Source: Candidatus Latescibacterota bacterium (GTDB taxonomy: Bacteria; Latescibacterota; UBA2968; UBA8231). Taken from it: a DNA stretch of 64,000 nt. Location of the stretch: the NCBI GenBank assembly GCA_965206595.1, contig OZ242214.1:3456001-3520000 (forward strand). Direction: 5' to 3'. This document shows positions 1 to 9,777 of this stretch, in pieces. The notes below the pieces were generated by a model that worked only from the letters and a program-made list of their open reading frames with translations, was not told where the DNA came from and searched no databases. The translations under genes and the position numbers were made by a program. How positions within the stretch are numbered: position 1 is the stretch's first letter; each line of letters starts with the position of its first letter.

Positions 1-489
1 GGCCGGCACGGTGGGCCGGGGCCCTGTCGGTCGAGGCCGGGTTGGGGCACGTCGACCTGGTCGCATGCCAGGGTTGGCCAGGCGCCTACCACGTCCCATT
101 CGGCGGACACCAGAACGAGGCGGCCGTCGACCACCTCTCAGGATGTGGAGGGACTCTCCGTTTCTCACCAGGTCGCGGCCGATGCGGGCGAGCACCGCCG
201 GGGGTGGATATCGGCGACGGCGGGGGCGAATCCCGGGGCGGGATCAATCGAGGGCCGATCCGACGTTTACCGTATGGCCGGGGGGAGGAAACCGTCGTTT
301 AAGGCGCCGTTCTCGTCAGCGAATCGGCCAGACTGTGTCCGGCCCCGTTCCGAAATTGAAGATCATGAGGGCGAAAATGGGAAACAACTTGCGTCGCTCA
401 GACTGCTCTCCCTGGGTCTGCCTGTCGTTTGGGCGAAAAAAGTGCTTGACATATCCGGGAAGATTTTCGAACATTTGCGGATGATAGAC

Positions 490-575
490 TCGGTTAATAG
501 ATTGTTTAACCGATCTTATAAGAATCATTTTATAACATTTGATAACAATTATGGTCGCGTTGAATTATAAGATCG
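490..575. other. AT-rich inverted-repeat cluster, candidate recombinase (lox/res-like) site
   Basis: TCGGTTAA (490-497) + 8-bp spacer TAGATTGT + TTAACCGA (506-513); second perfect 11-bp IR CGATCTTATAA (511-521)/TTATAAGATCG (565-575); lies ~350 bp upstream of a Cre-like recombinase in otherwise GC-rich DNA. Confidence 0.45.
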
Positions 576-791
576 CGCACTCCCGCCCGGGGGGGCGCTA
601 CTTCGCCACAAGTTGGATTTCGAGGCGCTGGATACCGATGACAACAAGGTCGACTGGCACCTCTGCGGCAACCGCTGGCGGCGATTCGAGACCGTGCCTT
701 TTCGGCCCCAATCTTCCAGGGAACTGAACGGTTTCCTTTCGAGTTAATTAAATAGCTTGGGTCGCTTTCACTAAGCGCTGGGGTATGCCAG

Positions 792-814
792 CCCGTACCG
801 GTACTCGGTACGGG
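792..814. repeat. Perfect 9-bp hairpin
   Basis: CCCGTACCG-gtact-CGGTACGGG. Confidence 0.6.
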
Positions 815-926
815 AAACAACCCCGGTCCAGGAAGCATGAAAATGCACCTTATTTCACCTCATTTTTCTGTCAGTTGACGGAGTACACCTCAGGTCGTCC
901 TAGAGGACAGCTTATCGGCACATGAA

Positions 927-1865
927 ATGAGCACCCACACCACACTAGTCGCCGTCAAACAAGCGCCGTCCCTCACTGTCTCAAGTCGGGCCCTCGAGCT
1001 CGTCCAGGCCAGCATTTCCGCCAACACCAAGCGGGCTTATACGGCCGCGCTGGCGAGGTTCGACAAAGCGAGCGGCGACAACCCCGTCACCGATACCGTC
1101 GTTGCCAACTACCTCGCCGCCCTGTACGATGCCGAGAAGTCGCCGGCGACGTGCTCCCAGGTAGTCGCTGCGCTCAAGTTCCGGGCCAAGCTGCAGGACC
1201 TTCCACCGCCGGTAGGTCCCCGAACCAACCGGGTTCTTGCCGGGATCCGGCGCCAGGGGCGAGGAAGAGGACGAGGTCAGGCGAGCGGCGTGAACTTCTC
1301 GCAAGCCGAGGCCGCCGCGGCTATCGCCTCTGGCGAAGGGTCCATCCAGGGGCGGCGCGACGCGGCGATCATTTCGGTCATGTCGGACGGCTTGCTGCGC
1401 GTCTCCGAGCTGGTAGCTCTCCAGGTCGACGATCTCGCTTTCGAACCGGATGGCGGCCGCGTTACCATCCGCCACTCGAAGACGGACCAGGAAGGGATCG
1501 GAGTCGTGCTCTATCTGGGTCCCCCTACCGTGGCCAGGGTCAAGGCGTGGCTGGAAGCGGCCGAGATTACCTGCGGGCCGCTATTTCGCCGCCTCCATCG
1601 AGGCGGAAATGTCGGGGGCGAGAAGGAACTAAGCACCGCAAGCGTCCGACAGATCATCAAACGCCGATGCACGGCCATTGGCGTGAAGGGGGTTTCCGGT
1701 CACTCGCTGCGCGTCGGCGGCGCTGAGTCGCTCGCTGCCGGCGGTGCTTCGCTTGCCGAAATGCAGACAGCCGGCCGCTGGCGGTCGCCGACGATGCCAG
1801 GTCACTATGCGCGGGGACAGCTTGCTGCTCGTGGGGCCGTAGCTCGCATTCGCTACCGCAGGTGA
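927..1865 (+). CDS. Cre-like tyrosine recombinase/integrase
   Basis: Catalytic set present: GLLRVSEL (R), HSKTDQ (K), SGHSLRVG (HxxR), GRW (W), GHYAR (Y); N-terminal core-binding domain 'SANTKRAY'. Confidence 0.93.
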   Translation: MSTHTTLVAVKQAPSLTVSSRALELVQASISANTKRAYTAALARFDKASGDNPVTDTVVANYLAALYDAEKSPATCSQVVAALKFRAKLQDLPPPVGPRTNRVLAGIRRQGRGRGRGQASGVNFSQAEAAAAIASGEGSIQGRRDAAIISVMSDGLLRVSELVALQVDDLAFEPDGGRVTIRHSKTDQEGIGVVLYLGPPTVARVKAWLEAAEITCGPLFRRLHRGGNVGGEKELSTASVRQIIKRRCTAIGVKGVSGHSLRVGGAESLAAGGASLAEMQTAGRWRSPTMPGHYARGQLAARGAVARIRYRR

Positions 1866-1887
1866 AGGGAATCCCGGACTTGATATT

Positions 1888-2571
1888 TCATCGTGGTAGC
1901 GGTCGGGGGCTCCGCGCGATTCTGGGTTCAGAAAGTGTGGGTATTTCGCGCAGGGTGGTCAGCCAGCACTTCTCGGCCCCTTCCGGGGCGCCGATCCCTT
2001 CCGGCAGCGACACGTCGGAAGGGTCGCCGGGGTAGGTCTCGATGGGCCGGGCGTCGGCGAGATCGACTTGGCCCTCCCGGTTGACGTCCCCCAGCAGGCC
2101 CCCGGAGGCACCTTCCCGCGAGGCAGGGAGGACAGCGGCTGGACCTGGATCTCGACCTGCCCGCCTCCCATTCGGAAAGCCGGGTCGACCCAGGGGACCA
2201 GCGCCGGACCCGAGACCGTCAGCCCGTAGACCGGACCCTCGCCGATAACCTAAGCCCCCGCCCGGGAGCGGGTCCCACTCCCGCCGTCCTGCCTGAGGGC
2301 TCCACCGCGCCTTCGAAACCCCGTGGAGTGGGGCAACTCCATTCCAGGGATCCGCCGCCCCGCCGGAACCGGCTCCACCCCCGGAGCCCACCGCCCCGTC
2401 CAGCAGCACCATCGACCGCGGCAGCGCCGTCAGCGGCAGCGCGAAATACCCGCTCTCATCGGTGGTGGTGCGTAGCGAGCTGCCCAGGTCCGCCCTGTCG
2501 AACAGCCGCACCCGGGGCCCGACCGCCCATGATCCAACCAACCCGATGATGCAGATAATAGCTGTTTTCAT
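1888..2571 (-). pseudogene. Degraded secreted protein with dockerin/EF-hand-like motif
   Basis: Signal-peptide-like start, 'TTTDESGYFALPL', dockerin-like 'GDVNREGQVDLADA'; the segment VYGLTVSGPALVPWVDPAF reads in a different frame, implying frameshifts or deletions. Confidence 0.55.
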
Positions 2572-2885
2572 CCTTGGGGCTTTGGGTAGAAACCCATGCG
2601 GAGCAATACTCCAATGAGATCAAAATACCCTCCAAGAGGACAGGGGATGTCCGTTGGTCCAAACGAGAAAAAGTTTTTGCCGGTCCCGTCGCCGGGGGGT
2701 AAACCGAGTCGGGGACATTTTGGTTTAGGGTCGGACCGCAGCACCCTCACACCTCCACTTCCGCCGCAACGAAATCACTGCTCAGGAATCACTGATCATC
2801 CTGATCGACAGCCCATGTCTGCGGTGGCAGGAGTCCTCACGCCGCAGGGGACCGGTCTGCCGCAGGGTGTCACCCTTTTCTCCGG

Positions 2886-3764
2886 TTAGATGTATCCCGC
2901 GGAGGTGAGCATGTCGATCTCGTCGCTCAGCCGTTCGAGCACGTGATCGGGGTAGATGGACATGCGCTGGAAGGGCAGGTTGTCGCGTCCGATCGCCGGC
3001 ATGTAGTTGAAGAACACCGAGCGCCGGATCGAGTCGTTGGCGACGGGATAGGCGTTGTGGGTCATCCCCTCCGAGAAGATGACGACGTCCCCGGGTGCGG
3101 CCAGCACCGGCACCGCCATCGGGTTCCTGCCCGCGTCCGTCATGTCGAAGGGACAGGGGAAGTTGGCCTTGTGGCTCCCCGGGATCGCGGCGAAGGGGCC
3201 GTTCTCCACGCGCGTCATGTCGGACAGGATCACCACGCTCTTGGTGCTCTTGCAGGCGAACCGCTGCTGCGTGTGGTCGTAGGCGTAGTAGATGTCGCGG
3301 TCGAGCGGAAAGCCGCCGTTGTGGAGCCCGCCCCCCGCAACAGGCCCCACCTTTTCGATGTAGTAGGTCGCCGAGATGTAGACCGGGCCGCCTGCGAGTT
3401 CGAAGTGGATGGACTTCATGACCGGATCGCGCACGATGCGGTCGAACCGGGCGGTGCCGCACAGGGCATGGTCGACGCGCCCGATGCCGCCGGTCTCCGG
3501 GTTGGGGCGCCGGTCGGGTCGGTGCTCTCCCTTCCAGAACGGGTGCTCCGGGTCGGACATCGCCGGGGCCAGGAAATAGCTGGCGACCCCGAGCCGGGTG
3601 TAGGTCTCGTAGTCGACGGGGATCGCCTGAAGCTCGTCGATGCCGGCGTGGAACTCCGCCACCGCCTCCTCGTCGTAGTGGCCTTTCAGGACGATGTAGC
3701 CCCTCAAGTCGAACTCGTACTTCTGCTCCGGGGTCAGGGCGAAAGCGGAATCAGTGGAGGTCAT
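2886..3764 (-). CDS. Phytanoyl-CoA dioxygenase (PhyH)-family Fe(II)/2OG enzyme, HxG variant
   Basis: 'FDLRGYIVL', 'GPFAAIPGSHK', 'PGDVVIFSEGMTH', 'RRSVFFNY'; first metal motif reads LHNGG. Confidence 0.88.
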   Translation of the reverse strand: MTSTDSAFALTPEQKYEFDLRGYIVLKGHYDEEAVAEFHAGIDELQAIPVDYETYTRLGVASYFLAPAMSDPEHPFWKGEHRPDRRPNPETGGIGRVDHALCGTARFDRIVRDPVMKSIHFELAGGPVYISATYYIEKVGPVAGGGLHNGGFPLDRDIYYAYDHTQQRFACKSTKSVVILSDMTRVENGPFAAIPGSHKANFPCPFDMTDAGRNPMAVPVLAAPGDVVIFSEGMTHNAYPVANDSIRRSVFFNYMPAIGRDNLPFQRMSIYPDHVLERLSDEIDMLTSAGYI

Positions 3765-3883
3765 TTTCCGGGTGCTCCTCTTTGCGGCCCGGGCCGGCGA
3801 CGGGGTTCGGCCGGTCGCGGCCCAGGGTCAGGAGGTGCAGCGGTTTGCCCTTCGCGTCAGGATCGTCGGCACGCGGCGCTGCC

Positions 3884-5167
3884 CTACAGGTCGTATCCTG
3901 CTTCGCCGTGCTCGTTCAGATCGAGTCCACTGGTCTCGGTATCCTCATCTACTCGCAGGCCGATGGCCAGGTCGATGACCTTGAGAATCACAAACGAGAC
4001 GATCAGGGTATAAACCGCTGCGCCGACAGCAGCAAAAGCCTGGATACCCAACTGTTTTCCCATGTTCAGGCCCTCGACGGTGCCGCCCAGGGAGGTCGAG
4101 GCGAAGAAGGACACCAGCAGAACCCCGACCAGGCCGCCGAAGCCGTGAACCCCCACTACGTCGAGCGCGTCGTCGTACCCGCAGGTGCGCTTGAGCCAGG
4201 TGGCGGCCCAATAGGCTACGAGACCGGAGCACAGGCCGATGGCAAAGGCGCCGAGCGGCCCCACTGTGCCCGAGGCCGGGGTAATGGCCGCCAGTCCCGC
4301 GATGGCGCCGGTGGCAAAACCGAGCGCACTTGGTTTCCCGTTTCTGATCCAATCGAGAAAAATCCAGGTCAGCGCTGCGACGCTGGGGGAGATCTGGGTG
4401 ACCACGACTGCCATGGCGGCCTGCCCGTTCGCCGCCAGGGCGCTGCCGCCATTGAAACCGAACCACCCAACCCAGAGCATGGCCGTGCCGACGAGGTTCA
4501 TGGTCATGTTGTGCGGGGGCATCGGCTGCTTGGGATAGCCTGCGCGCTTGCCGACGAGGATCGCCGCCACCAGGGCGGCCGCCCCCGCGGTGATGTGGAC
4601 GACGATGCCGCCGGCAAAGTCGAATACCCCCATGGCGCCCAGGTACCCGCCCTCTCCCCAGACCATGTGGGTGATGGGCAGATAAACCAGAACGCACCAC
4701 AGCCCGCTGAACCACAACACCGCCGAAAACTTCATGCGCTCGGCAAAGGCACCGACGATAAGCCCGGGAGTGATGATGGCGAACGTCATCTGGAAAACGA
4801 AGAAGAGCGGTTCGGGGATGGTGCCGGAAAGGCTGTCCGGGGAGACCCCGCTGAGAAAGACCTTGGACAGGCTGCCGATGAAGGGATTGCCGGCTGTAAA
4901 GGCCAGGCTGTATCCGAAAAGGGTCCATAAGACCGTGATCAGGGCGGCAATCCCGAAACAGTGCATATAGACCGAGAGCACGTTGCGCGTGCGCACCAAG
5001 CCGGCGTAGAACATGGCCAGGCCCGGTATCATCATGAAGAGAACCAGGCCGGTGGAAATCAGGATCCAGGCCGTGTCTCCGGTGTCGAGCTTGTCCTGGG
5101 CTGAAGCGGAATTCGGTGCCCAGACCAGCAACAGAGAGAGGATTCCCCACACTCTGCGAAACTTCAT
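3884..5167 (-). CDS. amtB: Ammonium transporter
   Basis: 'FQMTFAIITP', 'AERMKF', 'DFAGGIVVHITAG', 'LWVGWFGFNGGS', 'DDALDVVGVHG', 'GLDLNEHGE'; AGGAGG RBS before ATG at 5167. Confidence 0.97.
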   Translation of the reverse strand: MKFRRVWGILSLLLVWAPNSASAQDKLDTGDTAWILISTGLVLFMMIPGLAMFYAGLVRTRNVLSVYMHCFGIAALITVLWTLFGYSLAFTAGNPFIGSLSKVFLSGVSPDSLSGTIPEPLFFVFQMTFAIITPGLIVGAFAERMKFSAVLWFSGLWCVLVYLPITHMVWGEGGYLGAMGVFDFAGGIVVHITAGAAALVAAILVGKRAGYPKQPMPPHNMTMNLVGTAMLWVGWFGFNGGSALAANGQAAMAVVVTQISPSVAALTWIFLDWIRNGKPSALGFATGAIAGLAAITPASGTVGPLGAFAIGLCSGLVAYWAATWLKRTCGYDDALDVVGVHGFGGLVGVLLVSFFASTSLGGTVEGLNMGKQLGIQAFAAVGAAVYTLIVSFVILKVIDLAIGLRVDEDTETSGLDLNEHGEAGYDL

Positions 5168-5464
5168 AATGAACCTCCTATGGGTGCGAACTACGTGGAA
5201 TGCGTCAGGGGGCCTCGCGGTTCTGCACCGGGAATGGGGGTCGGTCCCATGCTCTCGCTGGTCTCCGATCACGAACCGGACCCCGCACGGATGACGAGGA
5301 TCTCCATCCCCTGCACACGCGGGCAAATTCCCGCCACCTTCGGTCCGGGTCAAGGCAGTTATTCCCGCCGCCTCGCCAGCTTGCACGACAGGGAGGGACT
5401 GCGCTTGTTAATCCTGTCTCCAGCTTCTTCCGCCGACTCCGGCACCAACCGAGAGGATGACCGC

Positions 5465-6304
5465 ATGCTGACCCGGGAACAGATCGACGCCTACCACCGC
5501 GACGGCTTCGTCAAAGTCGAAGGCCTGTTCACCCCGGACGAGGTCGCCGACCTCGCCGGCGACATGGTGCGCATCATCGAGGAGTGGGGGGAGGAGACCA
5601 TCGGCTGGAGGGGGCCGTGGAGGAAGGGCTACCTGCCCGACGACGAGCAGGAGAGCACCAAGGCGGTGTTCCTGCACAACCCGCAGCATTACTCCGCGGT
5701 CTGGGGGCGGGTCATCCTCCACGAGCGCCTGCTCGCCTGTATCACCGCCCTCATCGGCGACAGCGTCCAGTGGCACCACACCGTCCTCCACGCCAAGCCG
5801 CCGCAAAGGGGCACCCCTTTCCCGATGCACCAGGACTTCCCGTTCTACCCGCACGACGGCGCCGACTTCGTCGACTGCCTGCTGCACCTCGACGACGCCC
5901 CGTTCGAGTCGGGCGCCCTGCACGTCGTTCCCGGCAGCCACAGGAAGGGGCCGATCGAGCACGTCCTCGGACCCGACACGGCGCCGCACCTGCCGCTCGA
6001 CCAGTACCACCCCGACAAGGTCGACAGCGTGGCCATCCCGGCGCGGGCGGGGGACGTCGTCTTCTTCAGCTACATGGCCGTGCACTGGTCGGACTGCAAC
6101 CGCACCGGTCAGTGGCGCAAGGCAGTGCGCTTCGGCTACCACCACACCGGCCTGCGTCCCGTGGGCCGCGCCGAGGACGACCCCTACCGCATCGACCTCG
6201 ACAACCTGCTCGAACGCAACAGCAACACCGTCGTCTCCGGCTTCCGCTCCAACCAAAAAGAGCTGAGGCAGGCGCCGACCGGTTCCGTCCAGGCCCGCGC
6301 ATGA
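5465..6304 (+). CDS. PhyH-family dioxygenase
   Basis: 'LTREQIDAYHRDGF', 'MHQDF', 'LHVVPGSH', 'GDVVFFSYMAVHWS'; GAGGA RBS before ATG 5465. Confidence 0.92.
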   Translation: MLTREQIDAYHRDGFVKVEGLFTPDEVADLAGDMVRIIEEWGEETIGWRGPWRKGYLPDDEQESTKAVFLHNPQHYSAVWGRVILHERLLACITALIGDSVQWHHTVLHAKPPQRGTPFPMHQDFPFYPHDGADFVDCLLHLDDAPFESGALHVVPGSHRKGPIEHVLGPDTAPHLPLDQYHPDKVDSVAIPARAGDVVFFSYMAVHWSDCNRTGQWRKAVRFGYHHTGLRPVGRAEDDPYRIDLDNLLERNSNTVVSGFRSNQKELRQAPTGSVQARA

Positions 6305-6322
6305 CCCGCTGCGAAGCCGGCA

Positions 6323-6844
6323 ATGGCCGGGGCTGAAACCAGGCGGGGTGCAGGTGCAGCGGGCCGCCTCTGCACCGTCGAGATAGCCAAGGACTACCTC
6401 TCCTTCTCGGCGGCGCACTTCACCATCTTCTCCGGGGACAGGCGGGAGAACCTGCACGGCCACAACTTCGCCGTGCAGGGCGGGGCCACCGGCCGGGTCG
6501 GGGAGAACGGGCTCACCTTCGATTACGAGCTGCTGAAGTCGATAATCGGGAAGCTGTGCACCCGCCTCGACGAGAAGCTGCTGCTCCCCTCCGGCTCCCC
6601 GCACCTCGACATCCGCAGCGGCCCCGAAGGGGTGGAGGTCCGCTTCGGAGAGGAGCGCCTGCATTTCCTCGAGCGGGACGTCCTGCTGATTCCGGTCGCC
6701 AACGTGACCGTCGAAGAGCTCTCCGGGTGGTTCCTCGACCTCCTGCTCGCCGACCGGGAAATCGACGCCCTCGCCCTGGAAGAGCTGGAGGTCCGCGTCT
6801 CCAGCGGTCCCGGCCAGTGGGGGATCAGCCGCTGGCGGCGCTGA
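6323..6844 (+). CDS. 6-pyruvoyl-tetrahydropterin synthase family protein (PTPS-III type motif)
   Basis: 'FSAAHF', 'ENLHGHNF' (ExxHGH), 'NVTVEELS'. Confidence 0.88.
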   Translation: MAGAETRRGAGAAGRLCTVEIAKDYLSFSAAHFTIFSGDRRENLHGHNFAVQGGATGRVGENGLTFDYELLKSIIGKLCTRLDEKLLLPSGSPHLDIRSGPEGVEVRFGEERLHFLERDVLLIPVANVTVEELSGWFLDLLLADREIDALALEELEVRVSSGPGQWGISRWRR

Positions 6845-6987
6845 CCGGGTTCTGGGGCAAAACCTGGCTCATCCTTGTCCGGATGGGCAAACCAATTGCG
6901 CCGGGGAACAGCAGCGCTTATCGTGCACCGCAACACAGCTCAAACTGAACATCGACAAGCAGAAACCGGCAGACAGGAGAGGGATTC

Positions 6988-7647
6988 ATGGCAGACCAGA
7001 AACCGACCATCGACGTAATGGAGAGCGCCCCCTTCCTCGTGAAGGGCCTGGAGAAACTGACCGATTCCGAGGGCCGCCCGGTAGAGTTCCCCGAGTTTGC
7101 CAAAAAGAAAGGGGTGCTGGCGCTCTGCCGCTGCGGGCAGTCGGAGGACAAGCCGTTCTGCGACGGCACCCACAAGGAGGTCGGCTTTTCCGGAAAGCGC
7201 GAACGCAGCGGAGATGGAGAGGTGCGCGAGTTCGCAGGGGCGGAGGTCACCGTGGTGGACGATGCCGGAAGCTGCTGCCACGCCGGGGAATGCGTCGCCG
7301 GCGCCGAGGCCGTCTTCTTCAGCTGGCAGGGGGACGAGCGGGTTTCCGAGCCCGACAAGGACAGCCGTGAAGCGATCGTCGCCGCGGTCCGCAACTGCCC
7401 CTCCGGCGCACTGGCGTACAAGCTCGAAGGGAAGCTCCACGACATCTACTTCTCCGAGCCCGAGATCCGTGTTTCGAAGGACGGCCCGCTCGAGGTGCGG
7501 GGCGGAGTCGGTCTCAACAACCCCGACGGCCCCGGACCGAGGAGCGGCGATCACTACGCCCTGTGCCGCTGCGGCGCCTCGAAGAACAAGCCGTTCTGCG
7601 ACGGTTCCCACTCCGCCGTCGGCTTCAGCGACGAGAAACAGGAGTAG
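6988..7647 (+). CDS. CDGSH iron-sulfur protein (two CDGSH motifs flanking a divergent ferredoxin-like domain)
   Basis: LCRCGQSEDKPFCDGTH and LCRCGASKNKPFCDGSH; central CCHAGEC...CPSGAL. Confidence 0.93.
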   Translation: MADQKPTIDVMESAPFLVKGLEKLTDSEGRPVEFPEFAKKKGVLALCRCGQSEDKPFCDGTHKEVGFSGKRERSGDGEVREFAGAEVTVVDDAGSCCHAGECVAGAEAVFFSWQGDERVSEPDKDSREAIVAAVRNCPSGALAYKLEGKLHDIYFSEPEIRVSKDGPLEVRGGVGLNNPDGPGPRSGDHYALCRCGASKNKPFCDGSHSAVGFSDEKQE

Positions 7648-7649
7648 CC

Positions 7650-8546
7650 ATGTCCGTCGACATCTACGAACGCAGCCCGGTCGGCAGCTTCACCAGGGAG
7701 CACCTGATCGAGTACACCTCCGACTGGGAGGGGGAGCGCTTCCCCGACGGCCGCGCGCGCGTGCCGGACGAAATCATCGAGCGCATGAGGAACGTCACCC
7801 TGACCCAGGCCTGGGGCACCTGCAACGGCGCCGGCTACGAGTTCCAGTTCGAAGGCGGCTTCACCAACACCCACCCGGGGCAGGTGCTGTGCGGGCGCGC
7901 GGTGACGGCGACCTTCATGCCGCGGCGCCCCGACTGCCGCCGCGCCCTCGACGAGCAGGGGGAGAAGGGGGGCCACGAGGGGGACCACATCCACTGGACG
8001 ATCAACATGCTGGTGACAGGGGACGTGTACGTCGCCGACGTCTTCGGCAAGATCGACAAGGGGGCGATCATCGGCGACAACCTCGCCGCCTCCATCAAGG
8101 CGAAGTCGGGGAACGGCGTCGTGCACGACAACTCGGTGCGCGACATCGAGGGGATCCGCGGCCTCGAGGACTTCCCCTGTTTCGTGCGCGGCTGGCACCC
8201 GTCGATCGCGGCGCCGACGATCATGCTGACCGGAATGAACTGCCCGACCCGCATCGGCGGCTGCACCGTGATGCCCGGGGACATCGTCCTCGGCAAGGGG
8301 GACGCGGTGGTGTTCATTCCCCCGCACCTCGCGGAGCAGACCGTCACCACCGCCGAGATCGTGCACCTGCGCGACATCTTCGGGAAAACCCGCCTCGGCG
8401 AGGGAAAGTACCTGCCCGGGGAGATCGACGGGCGCTGGGGGGACCACATCGAGAAGGACTTCTCCGACTGGCTGGAGGACCACATCGACGAGCTGCCGGT
8501 CCCCAAGAGCGCGATCCAGGAGTACCTGAAGACGCGGACTTGGTGA
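7650..8546 (+). CDS. RraA-family / HMG-aldolase-like protein
   Basis: 'GRAVTATFMP', 'IGDNLA', 'VRDIEGI', 'TVMPGDIVLG'; starts 2 nt after the CDGSH stop codon. Confidence 0.85.
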   Translation: MSVDIYERSPVGSFTREHLIEYTSDWEGERFPDGRARVPDEIIERMRNVTLTQAWGTCNGAGYEFQFEGGFTNTHPGQVLCGRAVTATFMPRRPDCRRALDEQGEKGGHEGDHIHWTINMLVTGDVYVADVFGKIDKGAIIGDNLAASIKAKSGNGVVHDNSVRDIEGIRGLEDFPCFVRGWHPSIAAPTIMLTGMNCPTRIGGCTVMPGDIVLGKGDAVVFIPPHLAEQTVTTAEIVHLRDIFGKTRLGEGKYLPGEIDGRWGDHIEKDFSDWLEDHIDELPVPKSAIQEYLKTRTW

Positions 8547-8616
8547 AGGAGCCTGAGTTGTTTCACCAGCTGGGGCCTTGGTGAGTTTCGGTCATTAGAA
8601 AACGGAGACCACAATT

Positions 8617-9690
8617 ATGGAAATCCAAGGCCAAAATATTTGGCAGCATGCAGCCGGAGATCCGGCCCACAACCACGTGGATCTGTGCCTACAATGGGGT
8701 GTCATTTTGAATGGCCCCGGGGAGAAAGAATGGAATGGCGGCGCTCATTATGGCTATCTGAGCAGCAGAAAACAAACCGATCTGCGCCGATTCTGCGAAG
8801 AAACAGAGATGAAAAACGGCGATATCATCGTTCTTCGAATAGGCACCGCGGAAATCTACGGAGTCGGTGTCGTCGGCGAATACAAATGGTGCGACGAATT
8901 CAATGATATTGACGGGTGGAACCTTGGACATTCACGCCGCGTAAATTGGTTGTGGAGATACGATACAAATGGCATGGGTTCACCCAAAGAATTTGACACT
9001 TACACGATGAAGCTGGGCGACACGACGCAGCGTCTCGACGCTCCCGCCGTAATGTCGTGGCTGGAGTCGCTTACAGTACCTGGCGATCAGGGTTCGGAGT
9101 CCCTGCCTGATCTTCCCCAACAGAGCGAGAAAGTCAGTAGCGATGAAATCGCAGACTACCTTTTCAACAATGGCATTGCAAGCGATTCCATTCGAAACCT
9201 GTTGGATCCGAACGGTGAATTTATTCGAATCGCTACCTGGTACAATAGATGGGAATGGGGAACAAACCCCTCAGAGCACGAAACGGTGAGTTATCTCGTC
9301 GTACCGCTGCTTAGGATACTTGGCTGGACGCCCCAGAAGATGGCCCTAGAGTGGAGTAGACTCGATATCGCATTATTCTCCAGAATGCCTCGGCAGCCTG
9401 AACATCTCTCCATGCTCGTGGAAGCCAAGAAGGTCCGCAACGCGTTTTTGTCGTGGGCAGTATCGCAGGCTCAAGACTACGCATCGCCATTTCCGAATTG
9501 CAGCCGCCTAATCGTGACCGATGGCCTTCGGTACGGAATTTTCAGAAAAACTGGTGAGGACAAATTTTCCCGGTATGCCTATCTGAACCTGACGAGACTT
9601 CGCAACGAGTATCCCGTCTACAGATGCAAGGGTGCCAAAGAAGCAATTCTGGCCATGACTCCCGAATGGGAACCTGATCTGGCATCTTAA
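8617..9690 (+). CDS. Putative restriction-endonuclease-like protein (N-terminal Mrr/McrB-type putative DNA-reader domain + HsdR-N-like PD-(D/E)xK domain)
   Basis: 'MKNGDIIVL..IYGVGVVGEY...RRVNW' N-terminus; 'SEHET...PLLRILGW...DIAL...LVEAKK...QAQDYA...IVTDG' C-terminus; lower GC. Confidence 0.65.
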   Translation: MEIQGQNIWQHAAGDPAHNHVDLCLQWGVILNGPGEKEWNGGAHYGYLSSRKQTDLRRFCEETEMKNGDIIVLRIGTAEIYGVGVVGEYKWCDEFNDIDGWNLGHSRRVNWLWRYDTNGMGSPKEFDTYTMKLGDTTQRLDAPAVMSWLESLTVPGDQGSESLPDLPQQSEKVSSDEIADYLFNNGIASDSIRNLLDPNGEFIRIATWYNRWEWGTNPSEHETVSYLVVPLLRILGWTPQKMALEWSRLDIALFSRMPRQPEHLSMLVEAKKVRNAFLSWAVSQAQDYASPFPNCSRLIVTDGLRYGIFRKTGEDKFSRYAYLNLTRLRNEYPVYRCKGAKEAILAMTPEWEPDLAS

Positions 9691-9777
9691 ATTCGAACCA
9701 GCTCGCTTGCTGCGGAAAACGCGAACGTGCTGGACTCTCTCGTGTTGGTTACGAACGGGAATGAAAGGAGACATCTC

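Noticed and set aside
1-480. Several overlapping ORFs at the window start
   Set aside because: Arg/Gly-rich with no recognisable motifs; likely shadow ORFs or decayed sequence.
447-480. Perfect TTGACA -35 box
   Set aside because: No convincing -10 at 16-18 bp and no clear downstream gene.
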